From: Myxococcota bacterium
Lineage (GTDB): Bacteria; Myxococcota_A; UBA9160; JAFDDA01
Reading direction: 5' to 3'
DNA length: 32,000 bases
Assembly: GCA_965228475.1 (NCBI GenBank)
Contig: OZ245817.1
Location: 4,728,524-4,760,523 of the forward strand
Part shown: positions 25,132-32,000 of the stretch, one piece after another
Layout: the number at the start of each line of letters is the position of its first letter
Position numbering within the stretch: position 1 is the stretch's first letter
Translations under genes and position numbers: made by a program
Notes under the pieces: model-generated
Seen by the model: the letters and a program-made list of their open reading frames with translations, nothing else
Databases searched by the model: none
Told to the model about the DNA's origin: nothing

Positions 25132-26964
25132 CTAAAAAGCTGCGCTGCTTGAGCTGCCGGGGCGGCCGGGGGGCCGCACCGACGGTTCGGGGACATGGGT
25201 TCTTCGGCGTCGGCGCTCGACGCGCTGCTGGGCCTCGGCCAGAAGCTCCGCATCGGAGAGCTCCTGCCGCTGCCAGCGGCGGCGCCGGTCGCGTCCTTCG
25301 TCGCGCTGGGTGGCTTCTTGGAGGCTCGCCACCACGTCCGCGAAGACTCGTTTCGCCCGCTCGGCGTCGCCCGCGAAGCGATCGTCGAGCACGACGCTGC
25401 GGAGCACCGCCAGCGCCACGGGATCCTCGCCGGCACCCGCGCCGTCGGCGGCGTCGATCGCGGCGACGTCGACCGTTCCGGCGCGCGCCGCTTCGTCGAG
25501 GGCGCGGGAGAGGGCCGTCCGGGCGGGGCTCTCGGGAACCAGGGAAAGCAGCGCGTCGTGAGGCTCGACGCTCGCGAGGCTCGGGTCGGACACGATCGCG
25601 GCGATCAGATCGAGGGTCCAACGCACGCGGCGGTCGTCGCGCCGCGGCGGCTCGGGGACGGCTTCCCGCGCGGCGGTCTCCCCGCCGCTGCGCGCGCGCA
25701 GCGTCGCCTGCTCGACCGCGGCGATCTCGACGTCCACGGCCAGGGCGAGCTGGCGGATGCGCTCGCTGCGCTCGACGGCATCGGGCACGAGCGCGAACAG
25801 CGGCGCCACGGCCGCAACGGCATCCGCCTTCTCCCAGGGCGTCGCGCAGCCGCGGGCGACCGCACGCGAGATCACGCGGTCGAAGGCCGGCTCGGAGGCG
25901 TCGACGCGGGCGCGCAGGCCCTCGGCCCCCTCGCTCGCGAGCAGGTCGTCGGGGTCCTGGCCGGCCGGGAGGAGCACCGTCTCCGCGCGCAGCCCTTCGG
26001 GTAACAGGACCTCGAGAGCGGACTCCGCCGCGCGCTGGCCGGCCTCGTCGCCATCGAAGACCAGGACCACGCGGCCCGTCCGTCGGCGGAGCGCCCGCGC
26101 ATGCTCGGCGGTGAGCGCCGTGCCGCAGGTCGCCACGGCTTCCTCGATGCCGGCGCGGTGCATCGCGATCCGGTCGAAGTACCCCTCCACGACGACCGCC
26201 CTCTCGCTCTTCCGCATGGCCGCGACGGCGTCGTTCAGGCCGTAGAAGACTTCGCGCTTCTTATAGATTGGGCTCTCGGGGGTGTTCAGGTACTTCGGCT
26301 TCTGCTCGTCCTGGGTCGCGCGGCCGCCGAACCCGAGCACCTGGCCGCGTGCATCCTGGATCGGGAAGGTGATGCGCCCGCGCAGCATGTCGTAGCTGCG
26401 GCCTTCGCGATTCCCGATCAACCCGGCCTGCTGGCCGATGGCCGCCGGGATCTTCTCGCGCTCGAGGCGTCCGAGCAGCGCACGCCCGCTCGCCGGCGCG
26501 AAGCCGATGCCGAAGCGCGCGATCTCCTCCGGTCCGATGCCCCGCTTCGCCAGATACGCGCGCGCGGCCTCCGCTTCCGGCGCGCGCAGGGCCTCGGCGT
26601 AGAGCGCCTGGGCGGTCTGGTTCGCGCCGCGGAGCTTCTCCGAGAGCCCCGCCTCGCCCGGCGCGGCGTGCTCGGGAATCTCGATCCCGAGCTCGCGGGC
26701 GAGGGTCCGCACCGCCTCGGGGAAGGTGAGGTTCTCGTGCATCATCAGGAACGTGATGGCGTTGCCGCCCTCGCCGCACCCGAAGCAATGGAAGATCTGC
26801 CGTTCGACGTTGACGTTGAACGACGGAGTCTTTTCGTCGTGGAAGGGACAAAGCCCGGAAAAGTTGCGTCCGGACTTCTTAAGGCTGACGTGGCGTCCGA
26901 TCAGTTCGACCAGATCGACGCGATCCCGAATGGCTTGGAGGGTTTCCTCGGGAATGCGTGCCAC
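25132..26964 (-). CDS. dnaG: DNA primase
   Basis: 610 aa with a GTG start. There is a zinc-ribbon segment: [45 protein letters not shown] region ([17 protein letters not shown]...[14 protein letters not shown]) follows. Confidence 0.95.
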   Translation of the reverse strand: MARIPEETLQAIRDRVDLVELIGRHVSLKKSGRNFSGLCPFHDEKTPSFNVNVERQIFHCFGCGEGGNAITFLMMHENLTFPEAVRTLARELGIEIPEHAAPGEAGLSEKLRGANQTAQALYAEALRAPEAEAARAYLAKRGIGPEEIARFGIGFAPASGRALLGRLEREKIPAAIGQQAGLIGNREGRSYDMLRGRITFPIQDARGQVLGFGGRATQDEQKPKYLNTPESPIYKKREVFYGLNDAVAAMRKSERAVVVEGYFDRIAMHRAGIEEAVATCGTALTAEHARALRRRTGRVVLVFDGDEAGQRAAESALEVLLPEGLRAETVLLPAGQDPDDLLASEGAEGLRARVDASEPAFDRVISRAVARGCATPWEKADAVAAVAPLFALVPDAVERSERIRQLALAVDVEIAAVEQATLRARSGGETAAREAVPEPPRRDDRRVRWTLDLIAAIVSDPSLASVEPHDALLSLVPESPARTALSRALDEAARAGTVDVAAIDAADGAGAGEDPVALAVLRSVVLDDRFAGDAERAKRVFADVVASLQEATQRDEGRDRRRRWQRQELSDAELLAEAQQRVERRRRRTHVPEPSVRPPGRPGSSSSAAF

Positions 26965-26976
26965 TTCGACCCCGAC

Positions 26977-27174
26977 CTAGCGCGCCGCCCTCTTGAGCTT
27001 CTTCAGCGCCCGCTTCCGTGCCGCCGCAGCCTTCTTCTTCTTGCGGATGCTCGGCTTGTCGTAGTACTCGCGGCGGCGCAGCTCAGTGAGGATTCCGGCC
27101 TTTTCGCACTGCTTCTTGAAGCGCTTCATGGCCTGTTCGAAGGTTTCGTTCTCTTTGACTTTGACGACCGGCAT
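26977..27174 (-). CDS. rpsU: 30S ribosomal protein S21
   Basis: 65 aa: [48 protein letters not shown]... Its position ahead of dnaG-rpoD is the classical macromolecular-synthesis operon arrangement. Confidence 0.95.
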   Translation of the reverse strand: MPVVKVKENETFEQAMKRFKKQCEKAGILTELRRREYYDKPSIRKKKKAAAARKRALKKLKRAAR

Positions 27175-27478
27175 TCGAGCGGGTCTCCCAGCGAATCTGA
27201 CGCTCCGTCAGATGCGCGACGCTATCGGAAGTAAGTGGTCGCGGAAACCCGCTCGTGTCGGAAGCTGCCGGTTGAAGAACGCGGCCGGGAGAGGCCGGTG
27301 GGCGGCGGCAACTTCGCCACAGAACTGAGTTTTACGCGCTATCCCCCAGAAAAACTGAACAAATTCAAACGTTTGCCAGCACCCGTGCGCGAGGCCGAGC
27401 AAGGCTAGCCCAGGGGTTTTCCGCCTGCCACGACGCCGCGTGTCATCGAATCGTTCCCCAAGCCCCGAGAATTTCGTG

Positions 27479-28357
27479 CTAGGCGCGAGGGCCTTCCAGG
27501 GGCTCCCTGGGAGGCCGGACGGGGATGCCGAGGGCCATCAGATCGCGCTTCACCTCCCCCACCGTCGTTTCCTTGAAGTGGAAGATCGAGGCCGCCAGCG
27601 CCGCCTGGGCGTGGCCGCCTTCGGGGCCGTCGTCGAGGGCCTTCGCCATGTCCTCGGCGCTGCCGCCGCCGCCGGAGGCGATCACCGGGATGGGGATCGC
27701 GTCCGCCACGGTGCGCACGGCTTCGAGGTCGTAGCCCGCCTTCGTCCCGTCGCGATCCATGCTCGTGAGCAGGATCTCGCCGGCGCCCGCCTCGGCCATC
27801 GCGCGCGCCCAGGCCACGGCATCGATCCCCGCCGGCGTGCGCCCGCCGTGGGTACAGACCTCCCAGCGCGATTCGCCGGGGACGATGGGTGCGAGCGCGG
27901 CACCCGCGAGCTTCTCCCCGCCGGCGCGCTCGCTCGGAACGAGGACATCGCCCGAGACCGCACGCGCATCGATCGCGACGACGAGGTTCGCGCTGCCGAT
28001 CTTCGCCGCGGCGCGCGCGACGAGGTCCGGATCCTTCACCGCGGCGGTCATGATCGAGACCTTGTCCGCGCCGGCGTTCAAGAGATCCCGGATGTCGTCG
28101 AGGCTGCGCACGCCGCCCCCCACCGTGAGCGGCATGAAGACGGTCTCGGCCGTGCGCGAGACGACGTCGAAGATCGTGCGGCGTTCCTGGTGGCTCGCGG
28201 TGATGTCGAGGAAGGTGATCTCGTCGGCTTCCTGGGCATCGTACATCTGGGCGACCTCGACCGGGTCGCCCGCGTCGACGTGGTCGACGTACTGCACGCC
28301 CTTCACGACGCGGCCGTCGGCGACGTCGAGGCACGGGATGATGCGCTTCTTCAGCAT
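27479..28357 (-). CDS. hisF: imidazole glycerol phosphate synthase, cyclase subunit
   Basis: The ATG at 28357 gives [24 protein letters not shown]...FLDITAS...[10 protein letters not shown]...ASGGGGS...AALAASIFH. It carries an extra ~20-aa segment ([25 protein letters not shown]) and a short C-terminal tail relative to typical HisF. Confidence 0.95.
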   Translation of the reverse strand: MLKKRIIPCLDVADGRVVKGVQYVDHVDAGDPVEVAQMYDAQEADEITFLDITASHQERRTIFDVVSRTAETVFMPLTVGGGVRSLDDIRDLLNAGADKVSIMTAAVKDPDLVARAAAKIGSANLVVAIDARAVSGDVLVPSERAGGEKLAGAALAPIVPGESRWEVCTHGGRTPAGIDAVAWARAMAEAGAGEILLTSMDRDGTKAGYDLEAVRTVADAIPIPVIASGGGGSAEDMAKALDDGPEGGHAQAALAASIFHFKETTVGEVKRDLMALGIPVRPPREPLEGPRA

Positions 28358-28373
28358 CGCGGCGCCCGCATCT

Positions 28374-29114
28374 TCACGAGGATGCCTCGACGGCCTCGGC
28401 CAGATCGACCGCACCGGTGTAGAGCGCGCGGCCGACGATGATGCCGGCGATGCCGTCCGCCTGGGCCTCGGCCGCCGCACGCACGTGGGCGACTTCGCCG
28501 ACGCCGCCGGAGACGATCACGGGGATCGAGACGGCGCGCGCGAGCTCTCGGGTCGCCTCGAGGTTCGGCCCGGTCTGCATGCCGTCGCGCGCGATGTCGG
28601 TGTGGATGATGGCCGCGACGCCCGCGTCCTCGAAGCGCCGGGCGAGATCCACGGCCGTGGTCTCGCTCGCCTCGAGCCAGCCTTCGACCGCGACGCGCCC
28701 GTCCTTGGCGTCGATGCCGACGGCCACCTGCCCGGGGAAGGCGCGGGCGGCTTCGCGCACGAGCTCGGGTTCGCGCAGGGCCACCGTCCCGAAGATCACG
28801 CGCTCGACGCCGAGGGCGAGGGTCTCCTCCGCGATCTCCACGCTCCGGATGCCGCCGCCGACCTGGAGCGGAACCTTCCCGGCGGCGTCGGCGACCTCGG
28901 CGATCCGGCGGATCGCCTCGCGGTTGCGCGGGGTGCCCTCCTTCGCGCCGTCGAGATCCACCGCGTGGAGGCGGCGCACCTTCGCGGCGACGAAGCGCTC
29001 GGCCATCGCGCCCGGGTCGTCGCCGTACTCCGTCGCCTGGTCGTAGCGCCCCTGGGAGAGACGCACGCAGCGCCCCCCGAGGAGGTCGATGGCCGGGATC
29101 AGCTCGAACGCCAT
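28374..29114 (-). CDS. hisA: 1-(5-phosphoribosyl)-5-[(5-phosphoribosylamino)methylideneamino]imidazole-4-carboxamide isomerase
   Basis: 246 aa: [24 protein letters not shown]...LHAVDLDGA...LQVGGGIRS...[16 protein letters not shown]...VIVSGGVG...GIIVGRALY. Confidence 0.95.
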   Translation of the reverse strand: MAFELIPAIDLLGGRCVRLSQGRYDQATEYGDDPGAMAERFVAAKVRRLHAVDLDGAKEGTPRNREAIRRIAEVADAAGKVPLQVGGGIRSVEIAEETLALGVERVIFGTVALREPELVREAARAFPGQVAVGIDAKDGRVAVEGWLEASETTAVDLARRFEDAGVAAIIHTDIARDGMQTGPNLEATRELARAVSIPVIVSGGVGEVAHVRAAAEAQADGIAGIIVGRALYTGAVDLAEAVEASS

Positions 29115-29121
29115 GGCCGCC

Positions 29122-29784
29122 CTAGTAGGCGCTCTCGCCGGCGGGCATGGACTTCGACATCTCGCTCGCGCCCCAGCGCGCGAGCTCCTCCGCCGTCAGC
29201 CAGCGCGTGCCGCCGCCCGGGTAGCGGCGCACGTTCAGCAGGTTCTCGTTGATCGGCTGCTGCGTCTCTTCGAACGTGCCGCTCCACAGACGCCGCGCGG
29301 CCGGGGCGTCCTGGAGCATCACGCGGAATCCCACGCTCGCCGGGTTCGCCGCGGCGAGGGATTGCCCCGTCCGCTCGCGGAAGCGGGTCACCGTGCCGGT
29401 CAGGACGCCGTCGGCCCCGAAGGCGAAGGCCGCGAGGTTCGCGATGGGCCGCCGGTTCTCCGGAATGGCCGGGTCGAGGCCCGCCTCGTCGAGGGCGACG
29501 CGGAAGTCGTCCGCCGGAATGACGCGCACGCCGCGGCCGGCCAGGGCTTCGGTCACGTAGCGCGTCACGAGCTTGGTGACGGCCTCCGTCGAATCCGTCG
29601 TGTTCTCGGGGCCGCTGCGCTTGAGATCCCCGCCCGTGGTGAAGGGGACCACCACGACCTTGCTCACCGTGGCGCCGCCGCGGTCTTCGAAGGCCGGGAA
29701 GGTCTCCTGGCGGACCGTGTCGAAGGCACAGGCGGAGAGCAGCAGCGCCGCGGCCGCGGCCCAGACCGTTCGCACGCGCCTCAC
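29122..29784 (-). CDS. hypothetical lipoprotein embedded in the his operon
   Basis: The GTG at 29784 overlaps the hisH TGA (GTGA), and the stop lies 7 nt before the hisA ATG. The lipobox is AAALLLSAC. The body (KVVVVPFTTGG...VTEALAGRGVRVIP...FGADGVLTGTVTRF) follows the alpha/beta pattern of small periplasmic lipoproteins (LpoB/GNA1162-like by pattern only). It is the last ~220 aa of the 402-aa track ORF. Confidence 0.7.
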   Translation of the reverse strand: MRRVRTVWAAAAALLLSACAFDTVRQETFPAFEDRGGATVSKVVVVPFTTGGDLKRSGPENTTDSTEAVTKLVTRYVTEALAGRGVRVIPADDFRVALDEAGLDPAIPENRRPIANLAAFAFGADGVLTGTVTRFRERTGQSLAAANPASVGFRVMLQDAPAARRLWSGTFEETQQPINENLLNVRRYPGGGTRWLTAEELARWGASEMSKSMPAGESAY

Positions 29785-30407
29785 TGGGCCACCCACTCGG
29801 CGTAGGCGGAAAGCAGACGGTGACCCGCGGACTGACTCTTCTCGGGATGGAACTGCACGGCGAAGATGCCCTCCCTGGCGACGGCCGATGCGAAAGGTCC
29901 ACCATACTCCGTCACGCCGACCACGTCGCTCGCTTCCGCGGGGCGCGCGTAGTAGGAGTGGACGAAGTAGTAGTCCTCTTTCTCCGGCAGGCCGCCGAGC
30001 ATCGGGTGCGCACCCGAGAAGGCGACCTCGTTCCAGCCGATGTGCGGCACCGGAAGCGACGTCTCGGGGAAGCGCTCGACGCGGCCCGGCAGCACCCCGA
30101 AGCCCTTCGTCACGCCGTGCTCGTGGCCCTCTTCGAACAGCAGCTGGAGCCCGAGGCACAGGCCCAGGTAGGGCTTGCCGTCTTCGATCGCGCGGACGAC
30201 CGCGGCGTCGAGCCCCTTGCTGGCGAGGCTCTCGGCGGCGTCCTTGAACGCACCGACGCCCGGCAGGACGACGCCGTCGGCGCGCGCGAGGGCCGCCGGG
30301 TCGCCGGTGACCTCGACGCGCAGCGGACACTGCTCGAGCGCCTTCGCCACGCTGCGAAGGTTTCCGTAGCCGTAGTCCACGACGGCGATGGTGGGGAGGG
30401 GGGACAT
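29781..30407 (-). CDS. hisH: imidazole glycerol phosphate synthase, glutamine amidotransferase subunit
   Basis: 208 aa: IAVVDYGYGNLRSVAKAL...VLPGVGAF...PYLGLCLGLQLLF...PHIGWN...YFVHSY...AVQFHPEKS. Confidence 0.95.
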   Translation of the reverse strand: MSPLPTIAVVDYGYGNLRSVAKALEQCPLRVEVTGDPAALARADGVVLPGVGAFKDAAESLASKGLDAAVVRAIEDGKPYLGLCLGLQLLFEEGHEHGVTKGFGVLPGRVERFPETSLPVPHIGWNEVAFSGAHPMLGGLPEKEDYYFVHSYYARPAEASDVVGVTEYGGPFASAVAREGIFAVQFHPEKSQSAGHRLLSAYAEWVAQ

Positions 30408-30411
30408 GTCT

Positions 30412-30493
30412 TTCCGTTCGAAGCTCGCGGGTTCCGTTCGGGGCTCGGGCGTTCCGTTCGAAGCCTTGGGGGTTCGGCCGTTCGCTCTGCGGG
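30412..30493. repeat. tandem array of a 20-bp unit (3 good copies plus 1 degenerate) in the hisB-hisH spacer
   Basis: The copies are ttccgttcgaagctcgcggg (30412-30431), ttccgttcggggctcgggcg (30432-30451) and ttccgttcgaagccttgggg (30452-30471). A degenerate copy, ttcggccgttcgctctgcggg, follows. The conserved core is TTCCGTTCG. Confidence 0.7.
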
Positions 30494-30498
30494 TCGGG

Positions 30499-31089
30499 CT
30501 AGAGGCTGCCCTTCACCGAGGGCACGCCCTCGACACGCGGGTCGAGCTCCACCGCTTCGCGCAGTGCTCGTGCCGCGCCCTTGAAGACCGCCTCGACGAC
30601 GTGGTGCGGGCTATTCCCGTACCGCTGCTCCACGTGGAGGTCGAGCCCGGCGTTCTGCGAGAACGCGTAGAGGAAATCTTCGACCAGCGAGACGTCGAAG
30701 TTCCCGACGCGATCGTTCGGCAGGTTCACGAGGTAGACCATGTAGGGACGGTTCGAGACGTCGACGGAGGTCTCGACCTTCGACTCGGCCATCGGCAGCA
30801 CGCAGTGCCCGAAGCGCCGGATGCCCTCGGCGTTGCCGAGCGCCTCGCGGACGGCCTGACCGAGGGTGATGCCGACGTCCTCGACCGTGTGGTGCAGATC
30901 GACCTCGAGATCGCCCTTGGCCTCGAGCCGCAGGTCGAAGAGCCCGTGCTTGGTGAAGGACTCGAGCATGTGGTCGAAGAACGGGATGCCGGTCGCCACC
31001 TCGTAGCTGCCGGTGCCGTCCAGATCGAGCTCGATCCGGATCTCCGTTTCCTTCGTCTTCCGCGTGATCTGCGAGCGTCGCCCACTCAC
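30499..31089 (-). CDS. hisB: imidazoleglycerol-phosphate dehydratase
   Basis: 196 aa with a GTG start: RKTKETEIRIELDLDG...TGIPFFDHML...DLHHTVEDVGI...NSHHVVEAVFKG-like blocks (here NSPHHVVEAVFKGAARAL). Confidence 0.95.
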   Translation of the reverse strand: MSGRRSQITRKTKETEIRIELDLDGTGSYEVATGIPFFDHMLESFTKHGLFDLRLEAKGDLEVDLHHTVEDVGITLGQAVREALGNAEGIRRFGHCVLPMAESKVETSVDVSNRPYMVYLVNLPNDRVGNFDVSLVEDFLYAFSQNAGLDLHVEQRYGNSPHHVVEAVFKGAARALREAVELDPRVEGVPSVKGSL

Positions 31090-31129
31090 GGCTTTCCCTC
31101 TTCTTTCTGCGTCAGCCCGGCCGCGAAGC

Positions 31130-32000
31130 TCACGGCTGGACCTCCGCTTCCCGCGCCGCCTCGCGCTCCCGGCGCGCGCGGCGAATCTTCTGCAAGCGTA
31201 GCTCCACCGAGTTGGCGTGGCCGGTCAGGCCTTCGAGCTCGGCCAGGCGGATCACCTCGGTCCCGAGCTCGCGCATCTTCGGCGGCTCGAATCGCATGAA
31301 GCTCATCCGCTTCATGAAATCCTCGACGCCGAGCGGCGAGAAGAAGCGCGCCGTGCCCCCCGTCGGCAGCACGTGGCTCGGCCCGGCGAGGTAGTCCCCG
31401 ACGGCCTCGGGCGTGTAGTGCCCGAGGAAGACGGCCCCGGCGTTCTCGACCTGCTTCAGCGCCACGTCCGGCTTCTCGATGGCGAGCACCAGGTGCTCGG
31501 GCGCGTAGCGGTTCGCGAGGGCGATCGACTCCTCGAGGTTCTTCGTGAGGATGATCGCGCCGCGGTCCGCGAGGGACTTCTTCGCGATCTTCGCGCGCTC
31601 GAGACTCTTCAGCTGCTTTGCGAGCTGGTCCTGCACCTTGGTGATGAGACCCTTCGTGTGGGTCACGAGGATCGGGCACGCGACCTCGTCGTGCTCGGCC
31701 TGGGAGAGCAGGTCCGCCGCGACCCAGGGCGCCGTCGCCGTGCGGTCGGCCACGATCAGGATCTCACTCGGGCCTGCCTCGGAGTCGATCGCGACCTGGC
31801 CGAAGACGAGGCTCTTGGCCGTCGCCACCCAGACGCTCCCGGGCCCGACGATCTTGTCGACGGCGGGCACGGACTCGGTGCCGTAGGCGAGCGCCGCCAC
31901 CGCGTGCGCGCCGCCCATCTTGAAGATGCGGTGGACGCCGGCCAGGCGCGCGGCCATCAGCACGTCCGGGCGGATGCTGCCGTCGGGCTGGGGCGGCGTG
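31130..32000 (-). CDS. hisD: histidinol dehydrogenase, 5'-truncated by the window edge
   Basis: The frame stays open to the window end (TPPQPDGSIRPDVLMAARLAG...). Conserved blocks are present: GGAHAVAALAYGTESVPAVDKIVGPGSVWVATAK, IDSEAGPSEILIVAD, QAEHD, YAPEHL, GDYLAGPSHVLPTGGTARF. Confidence 0.95.
   Translation of the reverse strand, partial: TPPQPDGSIRPDVLMAARLAGVHRIFKMGGAHAVAALAYGTESVPAVDKIVGPGSVWVATAKSLVFGQVAIDSEAGPSEILIVADRTATAPWVAADLLSQAEHDEVACPILVTHTKGLITKVQDQLAKQLKSLERAKIAKKSLADRGAIILTKNLEESIALANRYAPEHLVLAIEKPDVALKQVENAGAVFLGHYTPEAVGDYLAGPSHVLPTGGTARFFSPLGVEDFMKRMSFMRFEPPKMRELGTEVIRLAELEGLTGHANSVELRLQKIRRARREREAAREAEVQP

Noticed and set aside
27340-27375. A sigma-54 promoter (minus strand CTGGCAAACGTTTGAAT) upstream of rpsU
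   Set aside because: The GG-to-GC spacing and the -12 element (TTGA instead of TTGC, shifted by one) do not fit the TGGCAC-N5-TTGC consensus. A housekeeping operon is also not expected to be sigma-54 dependent.
27208-27402. 64-aa minus-strand ORF between hisF and rpsU
   Set aside because: It has low GC3, no RBS and an odd composition. It spans the AT-rich putative promoter region and is probably non-coding.
30412-30493. The 20-bp tandem repeats as a CRISPR array
   Set aside because: The units are directly adjacent with no spacers, are only 20 bp, and are degenerate. There are no cas genes, and the array lies inside a biosynthetic operon.

Overview
This is a very GC-rich, gene-dense bacterial chromosomal segment. 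Third codon positions are almost always G/C, so long antisense shadow ORFs are abundant and were discarded. I support about 34 protein genes and one tRNA; I saw no rRNA, CRISPR array, transposase or integrase.

Layout, left to right:
- 1-6500: a haem-protein 3' fragment, an AraC regulator, an exported YHS-domain protein, a minus-strand acyl-CoA dehydrogenase / cupin / luciferase-like oxidoreductase operon, and a DUF72-DUF429 pair.
- 6500-11450: a membrane protein, a small HTH ORF, a CBS-pair protein, tRNA-Met(CAU), a PEP-CTERM-like secreted protein, a serine hydrolase and an orphan protein.
- 11450-17600: a large membrane class III nucleotidyl cyclase, a translationally coupled sulfotransferase-DUF1214 pair, and a divergent FAD/NAD(P) oxidoreductase.
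- 17645-19674: the most interesting locus. It encodes a Sec-signal-peptide, six-Cys small peptide, then a DUF692 (MNIO) enzyme, then a DUF2063 partner. This is a bufferin-type RiPP metallophore cluster, with an ECF-like promoter in front.
- 19688-23176: converging on that locus is a tightly coupled MFS / exported methyltransferase / TetR / membrane redoxin string. The redoxin carries an in-frame TGA exactly at the first Cys of a W-C-P-Y-C motif and a SECIS-like hairpin just downstream, making it a candidate selenoprotein that ORF callers split in two.
- 23297-32000: housekeeping genes. These are rpsU-dnaG-rpoD and a his operon (hisD-hisB-hisH-lipoprotein-hisA-hisF). The his operon has a lipoprotein gene embedded in it and a 20-bp tandem repeat array in the hisB-hisH spacer.

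All family calls come from reading the translations by eye. No database search was run.
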